Below are positions 30,016 to 42,679 of a stretch of 64,000 nt of DNA, one piece after another (the first letter of the stretch is position 1; every line of letters begins with the position of its first letter). This DNA is from Perna viridis. Lineage: Eukaryota. Where the stretch lies: NCBI GenBank assembly GCA_037379345.1, contig CM074515.1:22320001-22384000 (forward strand). Reading direction: 5' to 3'. The position numbers were made by a program, and so were the translations under genes. Below the pieces are notes generated by a model, which worked only from the letters and a program-made list of their open reading frames with translations, did no database searches and was not told the DNA's origin.

Positions 30016-32127
30016 GATTTGATCAGTCATCCAAGTCATATCATGAAATTAAACAATGACCATTAAATTGGAGATGTATAGATTGGTATCCTTATTACTC
30101 AGAACTAGTAGTGGACATATCAATGTAAGCTAAGTGTGAGGCTCTGTAATGACTATTTTTAAGTGAACCAAGAATTAGGTGGTGTTTATCCTTGATTTCA
30201 AGGATAATTCAAATGATATTTTGAATAAACCAAAGCAAATCTTGAAAAGCTTATTTCAACTTCACTTTTTATCTGTATTTTATTTTCTGGAAAATTAGTT
30301 ACAAGTCTACTTATCTGCTTTCAAATCACTTTTTATAGTGGATAAATAAAGAATTATTTTGTCATTTATTCCATCTTTAAGCCCATGTTATACAAATATA
30401 AAGCTTTGAATTACGACCAGAAAATCATTTATGGAATTATAGAGTTATCAAACATGCTAACTGTTGGATAAACAAACCTTGGCAAATCAATGAAAATTCT
30501 AAACCATTTATCATCAATTCATCATTACGACTAATTTCCAGACCCCCAACTCTTTAGAGACCAGAAATGAAATTGAGTTTTTAAATCAGTCTTGTCATAA
30601 TAGGTTTTCCATTTAATTCTATCAGCAATCCAATTGCAACACGAGTCATTTTCACCTATAACTTCCCTCAAACAAGCTTATTCACAGTCTAACGGCATTA
30701 ATATCCGCAATGTTCAATAATTAGTGATGTGCCTAATGAAGAAAGAAACAAGCACTTGTGATGTTCAAATTTCCCAGCAAGTGGCTGCTTATTGATAATT
30801 TTTAAAGCTTTACAGGTTCAGGTGCCATGTTGCCATGGCAACCAAATAAAGCATTTAAATGTTGCAGCTAGTTTCATTTGGAGATGCTTATATGTGTTGT
30901 TAAAAAAACCCAGGCATGACTAAAAGTCATTAGCTGCTGTTTAACCAGCTTAAATCATTTCATGATCAAAAGTTGAAGTCTTAGAAGATGGAACAATATA
31001 AGAAATTGAATCAATCAATGAATAATTACAACAGGCTAAATGCCATAGGTCTTGTCGTTTATCCATTGTGCACTAACTGAAAACTTTTAACCAGTATCAG
31101 ACAGTGGTATTATGTGACGACATGATCATCAATTAAGTTAAGAGGGAACAATTGCAAAGGGAAATATTCCATTGATTTTTACAAAGATAAGCAGAGTTAG
31201 AAAACATCAGAACAGTTTAATTTTTAAAGTTCAATTGGCTCTAAGGTATGCACATATTGTATACTATTTCTTCTGTAAAAGCATTAGTTTGATTAGAACA
31301 CCAAACTGTCAATGGAAAGACCAAATCCGGACAACTAATCTAGGTTGACCACCGACACCAGCAACAATGGGAAGAATACAGCACTTCAATGTTTGCAAAA
31401 CAAACCATCAAAATGGCAATTAATAAAATCATCAGCATACTCCACAAAAATCTGAATTTTTTCCAAACTTGGATGAACTGAAACTGATTAAACCAGACAT
31501 CTTATAAAGTTCATTTATATCAATTATCTGTTTTGAATCTGTGTAAACCAAAAACCTGCATTAACTGAACAAGACTTTGTACAAAAAGGAACCAGCTTAG
31601 ACTGGTTTCAATGTACTGGTATCTTCTTTCTTTCAAAACAATTTAAATACCTGTATGCAGACCAGCAATTCATAGCTTACATTCAATTCACGTGACCCTA
31701 CTTACATGTAGCTTAGAAACAAAAATTAATGATGTTTTTTTTTCTATATTTGATAGATGTACATTTCAATCATAATTCTCTATATCATTTCCTCAATCAT
31801 AAACTGCGGACCTTCTAATCATGATCGCCTTGTCAATCAAATTTCCAATGTTATAATGCATGTCTATGTCTCTTTAACAACCACCTACATCTGGCTGTCT
31901 CCATAAATTTCACAAAGCAAAAAATATACAGCTTTTAACAGAAATGTCAAGGGAAAAATGCAATTACATTTGTACAGTAATATTTGACGTAAAATACATA
32001 CTTCTTACACAACTGGATATGTAAAATCATGCACAATGTCCTTTTATCAATTTAAATAATTATTATACAACAAAAATATCATTAATTTATTATTCAATGC
32101 TACCCAAGTTTATTTGTAGATGTCTGT

Positions 32128-32329
32128 ATAGTGTGAAAGTATTATTGTTTGTGGGGTACCAATTTTCAGGTAGGTCAAACCACAAAATTTGGTTTCCCAC
32201 AAAAAGGACACTTCCATTAGTGTGTATACTAAACACCTTAAAACCATGAATTAAAGAATCCACAAACATGTGTTTCTTGCCTAATCCACAAAAATTTGGT
32301 ATCCACAAATTAAAGTACTTCCACAGTAT
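32128..32329. mobile_element. MITE family C
   Basis: TAGTGTGAAAGTATT..TTTGTGGGGTACCAATTTT ... AAAATTTGGTATCCACAAATTAAAGTACTTCCACAGTA inverted ends. Confidence 0.65.
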
Positions 32330-32699
32330 ATGGAATATCAGTTTGCACCAACAACTGTTTTAGACAAAATACAATTTTACAATTTTTTTTTATAGGACAA
32401 TCATATATTTATGTAACAAATTTTTAGTTGGTCTGAATGAACTTTTTCTATAGCCTTGAATATCAAATAAGAAGCTACATGTCTAAAACATACAAATTCA
32501 TTTCTAAAACTTTACACAAAAGTTCAAAATTAATAGGTTTTATACAAAATATAGCCAGGCCAAGACAAAACAGAATAGATTGGTAGTTACTAGGTAAAAT
32601 AACTTTTTTTAATTTTAAAATTTATCTTATAGATACTTCTTGGAGAATTTCTCGACTTAAAAATTTAAAAAGATGACAGTTAAGCCGCATTTCATAAAA

Positions 32700-33258
32700 A
32701 TACCAATAAAATGTGCTAGGCATACTCCAACTAGTACAGGAAGTTGATACCGGACAGCAACCAAAATCACTTACAACATATGCCCCATCCATAAAACGCT
32801 ACACATCAAATTTGAAATCAATCCATCTATTGGGAGCCAATATTTTAGTGACAAAAATTTTCTCTATCATTTCATATAGTGCAAAGTGGCAAAGTCTCAG
32901 GAAGTTGACAACAGACAACACCCACAGCAGCTAATAATATATGCCCCATCTATATAAAGCTACACAACAAATTGGAAATCAATCCATTTATTGGGAGCCA
33001 AGATTTGTGATGAAAATATTTTCATATAATTATCATTTTATATAGTGATAAGTGGCTAATTCCTACAAAACAGGAAGTTGATATCAGACAGGTCCTAAAA
33101 TGACTTATAATGTATGCCCCATCTATATGAAGCCATATACCAAATTTATAATCAGTCCATCCATTGGGAGTCAAAATAATTGTGTCTAAATATGGACAGA
33201 CTGACGGAATGACTAGGTGATTCCAATATACCACCAATTTGTTGAAATGGGGTATAAC
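32700..33258 (+). mobile_element. Helentron/HINE-like non-autonomous element with internal ~160-170-bp repeats; similar 3' ends near 7145 and 19900
   Basis: Three degenerate repeats (ATGCCCCATC.AT..AA.C.A.A...CAAATT), a GACA/GACG-like tract, and a terminal ATACC...GGGGTATAA hairpin. Confidence 0.5.
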
Positions 33259-35212
33259 AAACAAGTTTTTTTTTTCTCTGGCCAAAAGTCTATGCTCATT
33301 TCCAACATCATTTTCCTTTTTTCCAGCATCATCTACACAATGTACATGTACAAAATATCTAGCATAAAAAGTTAAAAAGTTTAGTACTATGTAATTTAAA
33401 GGCTTAAAACATTAAGATTTTTAAAAATTCGAAGAAAAAGACTAACTTCCAGCTCAATTATTTCTATAAAGATTGAGATAGATAACTCAAAAAAAGGCAA
33501 AAAAAGAAATGAGGTTCAGTGAGGAGATGAGAAGTATAAGAAGAATCTAAGTTATTTACATGGATAACTTGTGTTTTATAATCGAATATTATTAAAAAGA
33601 AAAGCAAATATACAACTACTATCCTTTTAAAATTTGAGCAATAAAAATGGAAATATGTAGCTGTGACATTGTAAAGCTACCCATCACATAAGGAGAGGTT
33701 TTGTTCCTAGGGTCAATCGGGTTATACTTCAGTGTATTTATAGCTAATCCATGCATTAAATGTCTGGTGTATCATTCATTTCACTGAGCACTTCAGAGAA
33801 AAAAACAGGCTTCTCAAAACAGCAGTAAAAATCAATTCTTTTATGAGTGTTTTAGGGATATTAAAATTGTACATTAAAGGCTACAATTCCCAATCGCTGA
33901 ACCATGTGTTATAAATTATTATTTATCATTCAGAGTTGATCAAAACATATCTTAATTTTATTTTCCCAGGAGAGAAAATGTAAATGACAAGTTTCATAAA
34001 GCAATCATTTATTGATCAATGCTATGCTTTATGGCTAATTTAATTGCTCAACCTTGATGAGATTAAAAATCCCTACATTATCTGAGCAGTTTTTCTCCCT
34101 TTTCACGACCCATCAATTAATAAACTTGCATGATAAAACAGCCTCAATTCTCAACAAATCATTACAATTATTTACTATTAGGAGTATATTCTCTAACTTG
34201 AGGCAAAGTTTGTTTGGATATTTGAGCATTAAATCACTATGTTTACTGGATAATAAGTAAATATGCTTGACAATGCAATCAGCTTTTGTTATGGTATTGA
34301 ATTCTCTACTGAATATCTATAATATTGAGCAACATGAAGTGCGAGAAATCTTTTGTTGTCTCGGCTATTTGATAATATTTAGATAGAAAACTACTAGGTT
34401 AAAATAAATCAATATTATAATAGAACTGTGGGTAATTATTTGCAAATAATGTGTTACAGCCTTTGAAGAAAATTTACAGCCACTTCTTCTGTGTAATTAA
34501 GGCATGCTGAGGGTCAAGGGTTAATCATGTGTCTAGTAGAAAGTGATAGGGGTCAAAGTGTTGGTAAAACTTGACATCCATCTCTTCTTCAGTAGAACCA
34601 CAATGTTTATCAAATTTACTGGAAAAGGGAGTCTGGTGTCAAACAGGAAATCAATGGGTGTAAGGGAGACAACTTATAAGCAAACAATTTTGAAACAGTT
34701 CAGGCCTCATAGAGACTGTTTCCCCAAACCCTCTTTTTCTATTTAAACTTGTTTTAATTTTTTTAATCTTTTATACAAAAACAAGGTGTAACATATTTCA
34801 AATATAATACAATGGAATTTTTCCTTTCCTTTTTTGAACTCTTTAACCATTTTACTAAAAGATTTTTTATCCTTATGAACCATGATTTTTTTTTCTAAAA
34901 TATTATAACACGTAGGAATCAAGGCTCCATTTGAAAAGTTGTTAAATCCCCAGAAAAGGCTTATTTCTTCAAAAGAATAAGTAAATGAAGTACACCTATT
35001 ACACTGACACACACTACTGCTCAAGACAACCTATCCTGTTCATAGAAGATATAAATAAGTTGTCTTATGGTCTTGCTGTCCTAACCTACAAAAATCAGAT
35101 CCCCCTCCCTTTCCTGGTGTCTATAAATGACAGTATATAATGCCAACAATGAGGATGACAGTGCTGTACAATAGAGAAAAACCAATATTGTGGTTGAATA
35201 AAAAAGCTTTCA

Positions 35213-35424
35213 GGAAGTTGACCTATGGTAAGGGAAACAACTCTTACAAATCAATGGAACGTTTGTATTCAGTATTTGACATCAATTTTATGTAAGTATC
35301 AAAGTAACTTGAATTGATTTCATTCTGTTTCAAATGAAAGCTTGATAGGCTTTGGTGAAATTGAATATGATACAAACATATCACTGATTTCAAGAGTTAT
35401 GTCCCTTAGCCTAGGTTTACCTCC
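35213..35424 (-). mobile_element. Family A MITE
   Basis: Reverse-orientation copy with degenerate GGA.GT.GACCT...AGGT.TACCTCC termini and the conserved core. Confidence 0.8.
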
Positions 35425-36040
35425 TGAGGACTTATGTGTATTCATGCACTGTGATACAGTCATGCACAATTATGATACACATATCAGATTTAGTACATTA
35501 AGTACATTTTTAATCAACTAATAACAAAAATTATTCCCATCCTAATTGACTGATAGTAATAGTCGAATCAGTCAATATATTTTCCCAATAGAACAGTCTA
35601 CTGCCCAGGTAAGACAAATGGAGTAAATATATAGTGACAAACATGTACAGATGTCTACATAAAATTGAAAACTCATGATTAAATCATATATGATAGTGGC
35701 GGTTCCAGGAATTCTGACCCCCTCCCAATTTTGTTGAAATACATTGTTAATTTTGTGCAAAATCTACGAAAATGAGCAAATAATAGCCTAGAACCCCTAT
35801 ACAAAATCTTTCAACCCATTTCTGAATGAACCTTCCTCCATATCACTGTCAATAAGGGGCAATTTTTCATGTCTAATATAACCCATGCCTAATGAATGTA
35901 GAATTATCACTTGTCAAAATATAGTATACTGTCTAGTCCAATAAAAAATTGCCAATAATCAAATCCATTAAATATTTCAGTAATCATTATCACTATATAC
36001 ATATATATCAAGTCCTATTTAGTAAAGACACGACCTGTCA

Positions 36041-36554
36041 ATAGGGTTTGTAAGTCTTGTAACTGGTCTCATCAGAATGGGTCCTAGTCTACCATTCAAT
36101 TGCATGGAGTTTTGTCATTTTCGTAGCATTTGGTTCAGAATATAAAAGCAAAACGTATTTTCATTATAAAAATACCAATAAATATGATAATAGTTACTTC
36201 CACATGATAAAAGTGTTAAGAAAAAGCATAAAATAGAACATTTTGCATTGTAATACAGCATTTTAAGATCCCTGAAGTTAACAATAAAATGCAGACTGGT
36301 TTTAGGTTAAATGTGTTCAATATAAAAGCAAAACATATTTTCATATAAAAATACCATTAAAAATGATAAATATTTACTTCCACATGATAAAAGTTTTATG
36401 AAAAAGCATTAAATAGAACATTTTGCATTGTAATACAGCATTTCAAGATCCCTGAAGTAAACAATAAAATGCAGACGGGTTTTAAGTTAAATATGTTCTA
36501 CCTTAGAATTTCTGGTAAGAAAAATGAAACTAGAAAAAGACTTACAGACCCTAT
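36041..36554 (+). mobile_element. MITE family B with an internal 180-bp tandem duplication
   Basis: TIRs ATAGGGTTTGTAAGTCTT / AAGACTTACAGACCCTAT. Units 36139-36318 and 36319-36498. Homologous to 62830-63171. Confidence 0.75.
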
Positions 36555-38341
36555 AGATTTACTGAACTAAGGGGGGTAACAAATACAAAGCAGTTGGAGT
36601 CAACATTGTACCAAAGGAGGCAACTCCAGCATATACAAGAGGATTTTTTTCAAATTCCAACTATTTCTTTTTCTTTTTTGGGTTAACGTTCTTTGCTATG
36701 TTTGAACATAAGTTAAGGTTCCATAAATTGACCAAAAATTTAGAAAATTTAATTTAAAAGAGTAACTTACTAGTAGACACTACCATACATAATTTTGATA
36801 AAAGATGTAATATAAACAATAACATGCCCTAAGTTAACTATAAGAATAGACTTCCCATGCCATAAATTTAAACCTTAAAGTTAACTATTGGAATGATCTT
36901 CCTTTAATTGTTCTGAAAGTATCATAAGTAGGGGGAACTCTTTCAGTTTAGAAACAATAGTGCGAGTTACACATTATAAAAGTGCTTACCAATGAAAGTG
37001 CGTACTGCCAAAAAAGTTTCTTATTTCAACAGGTTACAGTTAATATTTGTCATATATGTCCACAATACAAGGTACCAATAGGTTATACGTACATGCAGAT
37101 AATCACTGTACTAGCTGAAGAACACTGAACTTATATTTTGTTTTTCCCCCCCAAATTTTGATAATATGACCATGACCTTTTGTACTGATAACAGGAGACC
37201 ACAATACAAAAAAAGAAATCAGAAGTATAAAATGGATAAAATGTAGGTTCAGATATCAGTTTCAGGTCTGCATCTTTATGAAATTTCCAGTTTTCTTAAG
37301 AATACTTCAATGCTAAAATAATGATTTAAACCTGATCCACTGACAATGTACAGTTATATCATAATTATGCTACATGACAAAGTATTTTTTTCTACACCGT
37401 TATTTAAGAATTAGTACGGAGTGATATGTTTGCATTTCATTCAATCAAGAAATATAGAGAACACACACTGAACAACTTACATTTTGTTGTGTGTTGTGAT
37501 GACACAAACACATTTTTGATCAAATATATGCTGATTTTTTTATCATCTTATTCAGCACAATAGATGCATTAGCTACAGTAAACAAGTAATGTAGACTTTA
37601 ACAATAATATAGTGCAGTTATCACACTTTCTTGGCAAGCTTAATTGATTGTGGGGCTGAATTTGTTATCCATGAACACTTCAATTTGACTGAAGAGATTT
37701 TCACAAAATCTAGACAGACTGTATTATTGACATGCTCAAATTACATGTAAAATGTAAAAAGGGCAAGGTAGGGTATAATTGTAACACCCAACTATTTTAA
37801 ATAGGACAGCAGTTCGTTTATTCATAATTTCAATTGCAATCACAACTTACCTGTCTCAACATGTACTACTTATAACTGGTTCTGTGAATCTACATGAATT
37901 ACCTTTTATACACCTGGCTTTTTCATCACATACCTGTTACTAATACTGTCTCTGAAGTCTACTCTCAACTTTGACATGTCAAAAGCTACACTACTGCTAA
38001 CACATATTTTAAATTCTAAGTGACAGCAGTGGAGTAGAACAGACTATCAGTCTGTCAAGTAATTAGGAATAACTATTTCAAAACATAAAAGATTGGCAAG
38101 AATAACCTGTTGGGGAAAAATGTATCCCTGCTTTAGACAATATCCCTAAAAAGAATTACACAATGCAATAAGATGTTTAAAGCACATTTTTTTTGCTAAC
38201 TTTCAATAAACATGTACACATGTATAATAGGTCAAATTCATATGGTTTCGTAGTATAATTTATTTTTTGCATGTTTCAAACACTGGGACAAAATAAAGAG
38301 TAAAACTGAGAAATCAGAATTAAAATGACCTTTAAATGTAC

Positions 38342-38411
38342 CTGAAGTTTCATCTGTAGCTTCTAGCTTGGTTATCTCCCTTGGCATCTGTTCTTTAACT
38401 TGACAAATTTC
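38342..38411 (-). CDS. GSE1: GSE1 long-isoform exon 2: EICQVKEQMPREITKLEATDETS-G
   Basis: Acceptor ttattttctgcAG (38413-38412), donor TCAG|GTACAT (38341). 70 nt, phase 0 to 1, which is what is needed to link exon 39615-41744 to exon 667-876. Confidence 0.72.
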
Positions 38412-39388
38412 CTGCAGAAAATAAATTTGTTTATTGATGCTGAGTAAAATATCTTCCCTTAAAAAAATATTTCTCATCAATTTTGTACATATAAGCATAT
38501 GTTTAAAACAATTTTACATCACCATACAATCTTAGAAGGGCCAAGGGATGAAAAGATGCCATGCCTAGCTGGCAACATCCAAACATTTTTATAACAGGCT
38601 GATTGCACTAGGGTATAGTGAAAGAGAACTAGTATGTGTTTTGAGCGAGTTTTTAATCTATTTTTTCACAAAGAGAAAACATGCTTTTTAATCTATTTTT
38701 TGTACAAATTTGTAAACGTAGTTTAATTCAAGGCATCATGAACTATTGAAAATTTTTAAGATACAAATATACACATACATTTCACTCAGCATGCATTTGT
38801 GGAACTACACAATGGAGTCAACATTTGAAAACACATGATGTCTTAAACTCTTTATACATTTTTGTACATGTACAATTACATGTAGCTTTCTTTTTTAACA
38901 AACTATGACTTATAACAAGATTTCGATTACATTGTATGTATTGGGAAAGGAATTATAAAATAAGTATGATTGAAACAATTTTATACAAGTTTTATTTTTT
39001 GGAGCAAGTACAATGAATGTTATGATTTCAAATGGTTTTATGCCATTAATGACATATGTTGCACATTTTCTCGTCTGATACTCTCTAGCACATTTTAGTA
39101 TAAAATAATTTTCTATACTATACTTAATATTAAAACAACTTTTTTTCTTAAGAGATATAAGATATACATGTTTTTGTCAAACTGACTCATTAAAGAACAA
39201 AACAAATGATGTCAGGTGCTTTTGAAAAATCACAATTTTAGGACACCTCAACTAAACATGAATATATCATTTTATGGCAAAATCTTACAGTTTGTAATGT
39301 CTTAACATATGAAATTTATTGCAATACATGTATTAAGTTACAATGTAACTGATAATCACTACGGAATTCGTGGTCTCTAGCAGTTTAA

Positions 39389-39589
39389 GGAGGTAGACCT
39401 ACATGTAGGGGAAAGGTCATAACTCTTGAAATCAATATGTTTGTATCATATCCAATTTCATCCAAGCTTATCAAGCTCTCATTTGAAACAGAGTGAAATC
39501 TGTCCAAGTTACTTTGCTTCTTACATGAGATTGACGTAAAATGTTCAATGATTTGTACAAGTGGTGTCCCTTACCCTAGGTCTACCTCC
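39389..39589 (+). mobile_element. Kolobok-type MITE (family A), complete copy
   Basis: TTAA|GGAGGTAGACCT...AGGTCTACCTCC|TTAA. TTAA TSD with purine termini fits Kolobok rather than piggyBac. Confidence 0.8.
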
Positions 39590-39614
39590 TTAAGGAAAAT
39601 TTTTATAATGATAC

Positions 39615-41744
39615 CTCTTCATCACTACTATCATCATTTTGAGCCTGCAGCTCTTTTTGTTTGGTCCAGTTGAATTTTCTAAGCTCTACAGGAACACCCA
39701 TTCTTTCATATTCAATATTCTGCATGTTCAAGTTCTGAGCACACATAGTGCATACCCCTACAGTCAATCCATCTTCTATGGTTGGTGCAGTATTTGGTTT
39801 GATGTCTTTCAGAAAGGGGTACATTTTACAGCTCAGTAGCTGGATATTTTTGTGCTTCATCCACTTGGAACATAAACAGCACACGAAGTCAGGTAAGGTA
39901 TATTTACGGAGCCATCTATTAGAGTCATTACCACCTTTGTTCTCTTCATAGTCATTCCACTGCTGAATCAAAATATGAAAACAAACATCACAAGAAATGA
40001 CAGTCCCATCTTCTGTCATAGTTTCAGCTTTTGGTGCAGGTTCCTTGTTAGCCAGAAAGGGGAAAAATGGAATCACCTGATTGTTCATAGTTTTGGCCTC
40101 ATGGCGAGGTGGATAAGAGCACAAGACATGGGCTTTGGATAGTCTGCATTTTTCCCCACATAAGAAACAAATTTTCTTAGGAATCTTTGTTGCTTGAAGC
40201 AATGGATGTGGAACAGTTTTAGCAAACGAATCTACTGATGGACTCTTGTTCACTTTAACAGGTGATTTTGACTTCGGTGGTTCATTTCCATCACCCTGAT
40301 TTGTAGAACCAGAAGATGCAATTGCCAGAAGACCTTGTGAGGCCAAAAGGGTATCTGCCTGCTCAGAAGAATTCTCAGAAATTTGAATATTCAAAGGCTT
40401 GTTTAAATCTGGTTTTGGTGATTCTCTTCCCTTAAGAATTGGCTCATCTTTCAATTGCTTTAGCCGAAAAGAGCTATCAAGTAAATCTGGTTTGTTTCCA
40501 AGAAAAGACAAGGAATACTGTCTTTGTGCTAATGGTACTCTTTCCATCTCTTGCAACTGCCACTGCTTGTATAAAGCTTCATAACAATTTCTACATGCAA
40601 GTACAGATCCATCAGACCTTAAAGGCTCGGCTCCTGCTGGTCTACTTAATTCCCTGACAAATGGGAAGAATAAAGTTCCCATTGATGGTTCAGTTGAAGG
40701 GGATGTGAATAATGACCTGATTAATTCAGCAGGATACATATTGCCACAAATGTAACAAACATGCTCTAAACGTGCTTGTGAGAGTTCAACTGAATGCATT
40801 CTAGTAAGAGAAGCAGCATTTGCTCGTATTATTTTCAATTCTTGACTTTCAAAGACCTTGTAATTTCTATGCTGGTTGGGAATACCTGACATTTCATATG
40901 CTTGCCACTGTTGAAACAAAGAGTTTTTACAAGCAACACAAACTCTTGTCTGCCCATTATCATTCAGAGGTAAAGCACCAGGAATACATGGAATTGTTTG
41001 AATAATTGGGAAATAAGGCTCACTGATTGACTGCCGAACTGAATTAACAACTTTACTATCATAAAGACTGATTTGATTTGCACATAAGAAACATAGAAGT
41101 ATTTGTTTCTTATCATCAGTTGCAGTATTACTAGTGTCACTTTTCTTTGTCACAGATAAATCTAAGACACCCTCACTAGGCACAGGTTTTTGTGTAACTA
41201 CCTGACTTCTATTTTCTGAACTATACAAAGGCACATTTGTAGGTATACTAGCAACAGTTTTAGGTTGTACAGCTGTGCTGCTAAACTGAACGTTCTTTTT
41301 TTCTCTAGCAATGTCAGCAGATTTCCTATCAACACGGACTTGCTGAGGAACCTCTCTAAGTCCTCTTTCTCGTCCAAAGTCAGATGGAGATGTTCTGCCA
41401 TCAAATGCTCCAGGCTGATATTGCAGACCCATTATTTGAGCAATATATTCTCCCTGCAATCTCATCTCAGCTCCTGTAAAATGTCCATTGTCTGCCCTCT
41501 TCAACCAATACAGTCTTTTGATTGCTGGAGTATGTGACCTTTCATAAGCTTCCCACTGCTGACAAAGAAAGGCACTGCAGACCCTACAGCTGTCTACAAT
41601 GCCCTCTTTTGAAGGTAGACGAGATCCTTTGGGAGGGTCATGGTGCTCTAAGAATGGAAAATAAGGTTCACTGTCACAGGCTTTTATTCGCAGTCTGTGT
41701 TCTGCCCCTTGACTTCCACACACAAAGCAGATTATTCGAGCCAT
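39615..41744 (-). CDS. GSE1: Large first coding exon (710 codons) with five Cys4 repeats (CxxC-x~20-[YF]FP[FI]-x~22-CxxC-xxxLxxQWxxYE); probable N-terminal extension of the GSE1 long isoform (Plexus-like)
   Basis: 713-aa ORF, the only long ORF in the window. Repeats start at Cys 6, 218, 330, 526 and 622. Phase-0 donor GAG|GTATCA at 39614, three codons before the stop. Same strand as and upstream of the GSE1 exons; linkage inferred from phases. Confidence 0.8.
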
Positions 41745-41999
41745 TTTTCTCTAAATGGTTGAGAATATAAGCTACAAGTCTCTTTGTGTAAGCAGTAACT
41801 TACTAACTGTCATTGTAGAACTTCAAAAACTTTTTGTACTTTTCACTAACAATAAAAACCTTGTTTGAGGATTTTCATTTATCTGTGTAAATGCAACTGA
41901 GTTGACTATGAAAAAAAGAAGGAAGTAGCTATTTTTGCAAAGCAGTTGGTGGTTGTAATTGCCCAGAATATCCTCTAAATGACAGAAACACTTTGGTGG

Positions 42000-42300
42000 A
42001 GGGAACAACAAGCATTTTCGCCGCCATTGTCAAAACATCTGTCTTACCCAGAATGCATTAGCTCTATTGGTACAGGCGATAACCAAACTAATAAGAAATC
42101 GCAATTGACTGTAACGCATGTAATGGGTCGTGTGCGGACAGAGGCATCACCCTGTCGTCGTCGAAATCGTCGTTGGTGTCCGTTAAATTTCGATTATTTA
42201 CGACTTATCCGTTCTTGTTTTTTTTTAATTTAACACATCCTTCGGAAGTTCCTACGAATGTGGTGGAGGGCCGGGCCCTCTATCATATTTTGACTAAAAA
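42000..42300 (-). promoter_or_regulatory. Probable promoter/TSS region of the GSE1 long isoform
   Basis: Abrupt switch to CpG-containing sequence about 280 nt upstream of the ATG. YY1-like motif CCGCCATTGT at 42021-42030 (ACAATGGCGG on the transcribed strand). Confidence 0.5.
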
Positions 42301-42471
42301 GGGAAAATGCGGGTCACCATTAAAATTGACAGGAATAGTTTATTCTTTATCCAATTTTTATGGTTTATATGTCAATGTGTTCCTTTTTGAAATTCTGTTT
42401 TAACGGTTTATACATGATAGATTTATCTTTAACTAGTAAGTTGCTATGAAAGTCCTTTCTTTAAGCATTTT

Positions 42472-42679
42472 CAGGGGCGGGTCCAAGTGAGGGCGTAGTG
42501 GGTGCACGCCCCCTCCTTTCAAAAAACTTAAAAACCCGAAAAACTATCGTAATCTGCTAAATATTGTATTGAGTATGGCGATTTACCATAATCATTCATT
42601 CAATATGTCACAATTTGGTTTTCTTTCACACTGATTCTAGTAATTACGTCTCTCCTTCATAAAATCCTAAATCCGCCCG
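42472..42679. mobile_element. Small hAT-like MITE (CAGGGGCGG.TCC...ATCCGCCC ends); related ends near 35697, 43609 and 47817
   Basis: Imperfect GC-rich inverted ends; recurring GCGGATCC-type motif at several loci. Confidence 0.45.

Noticed and set aside
39603-41744. 713-aa ORF as a transposase or retroelement protein
   Set aside because: No DDE, RT or integrase motifs and no flanking TIR/LTR. It consists of Cys4 repeats and has a usable splice donor toward GSE1.
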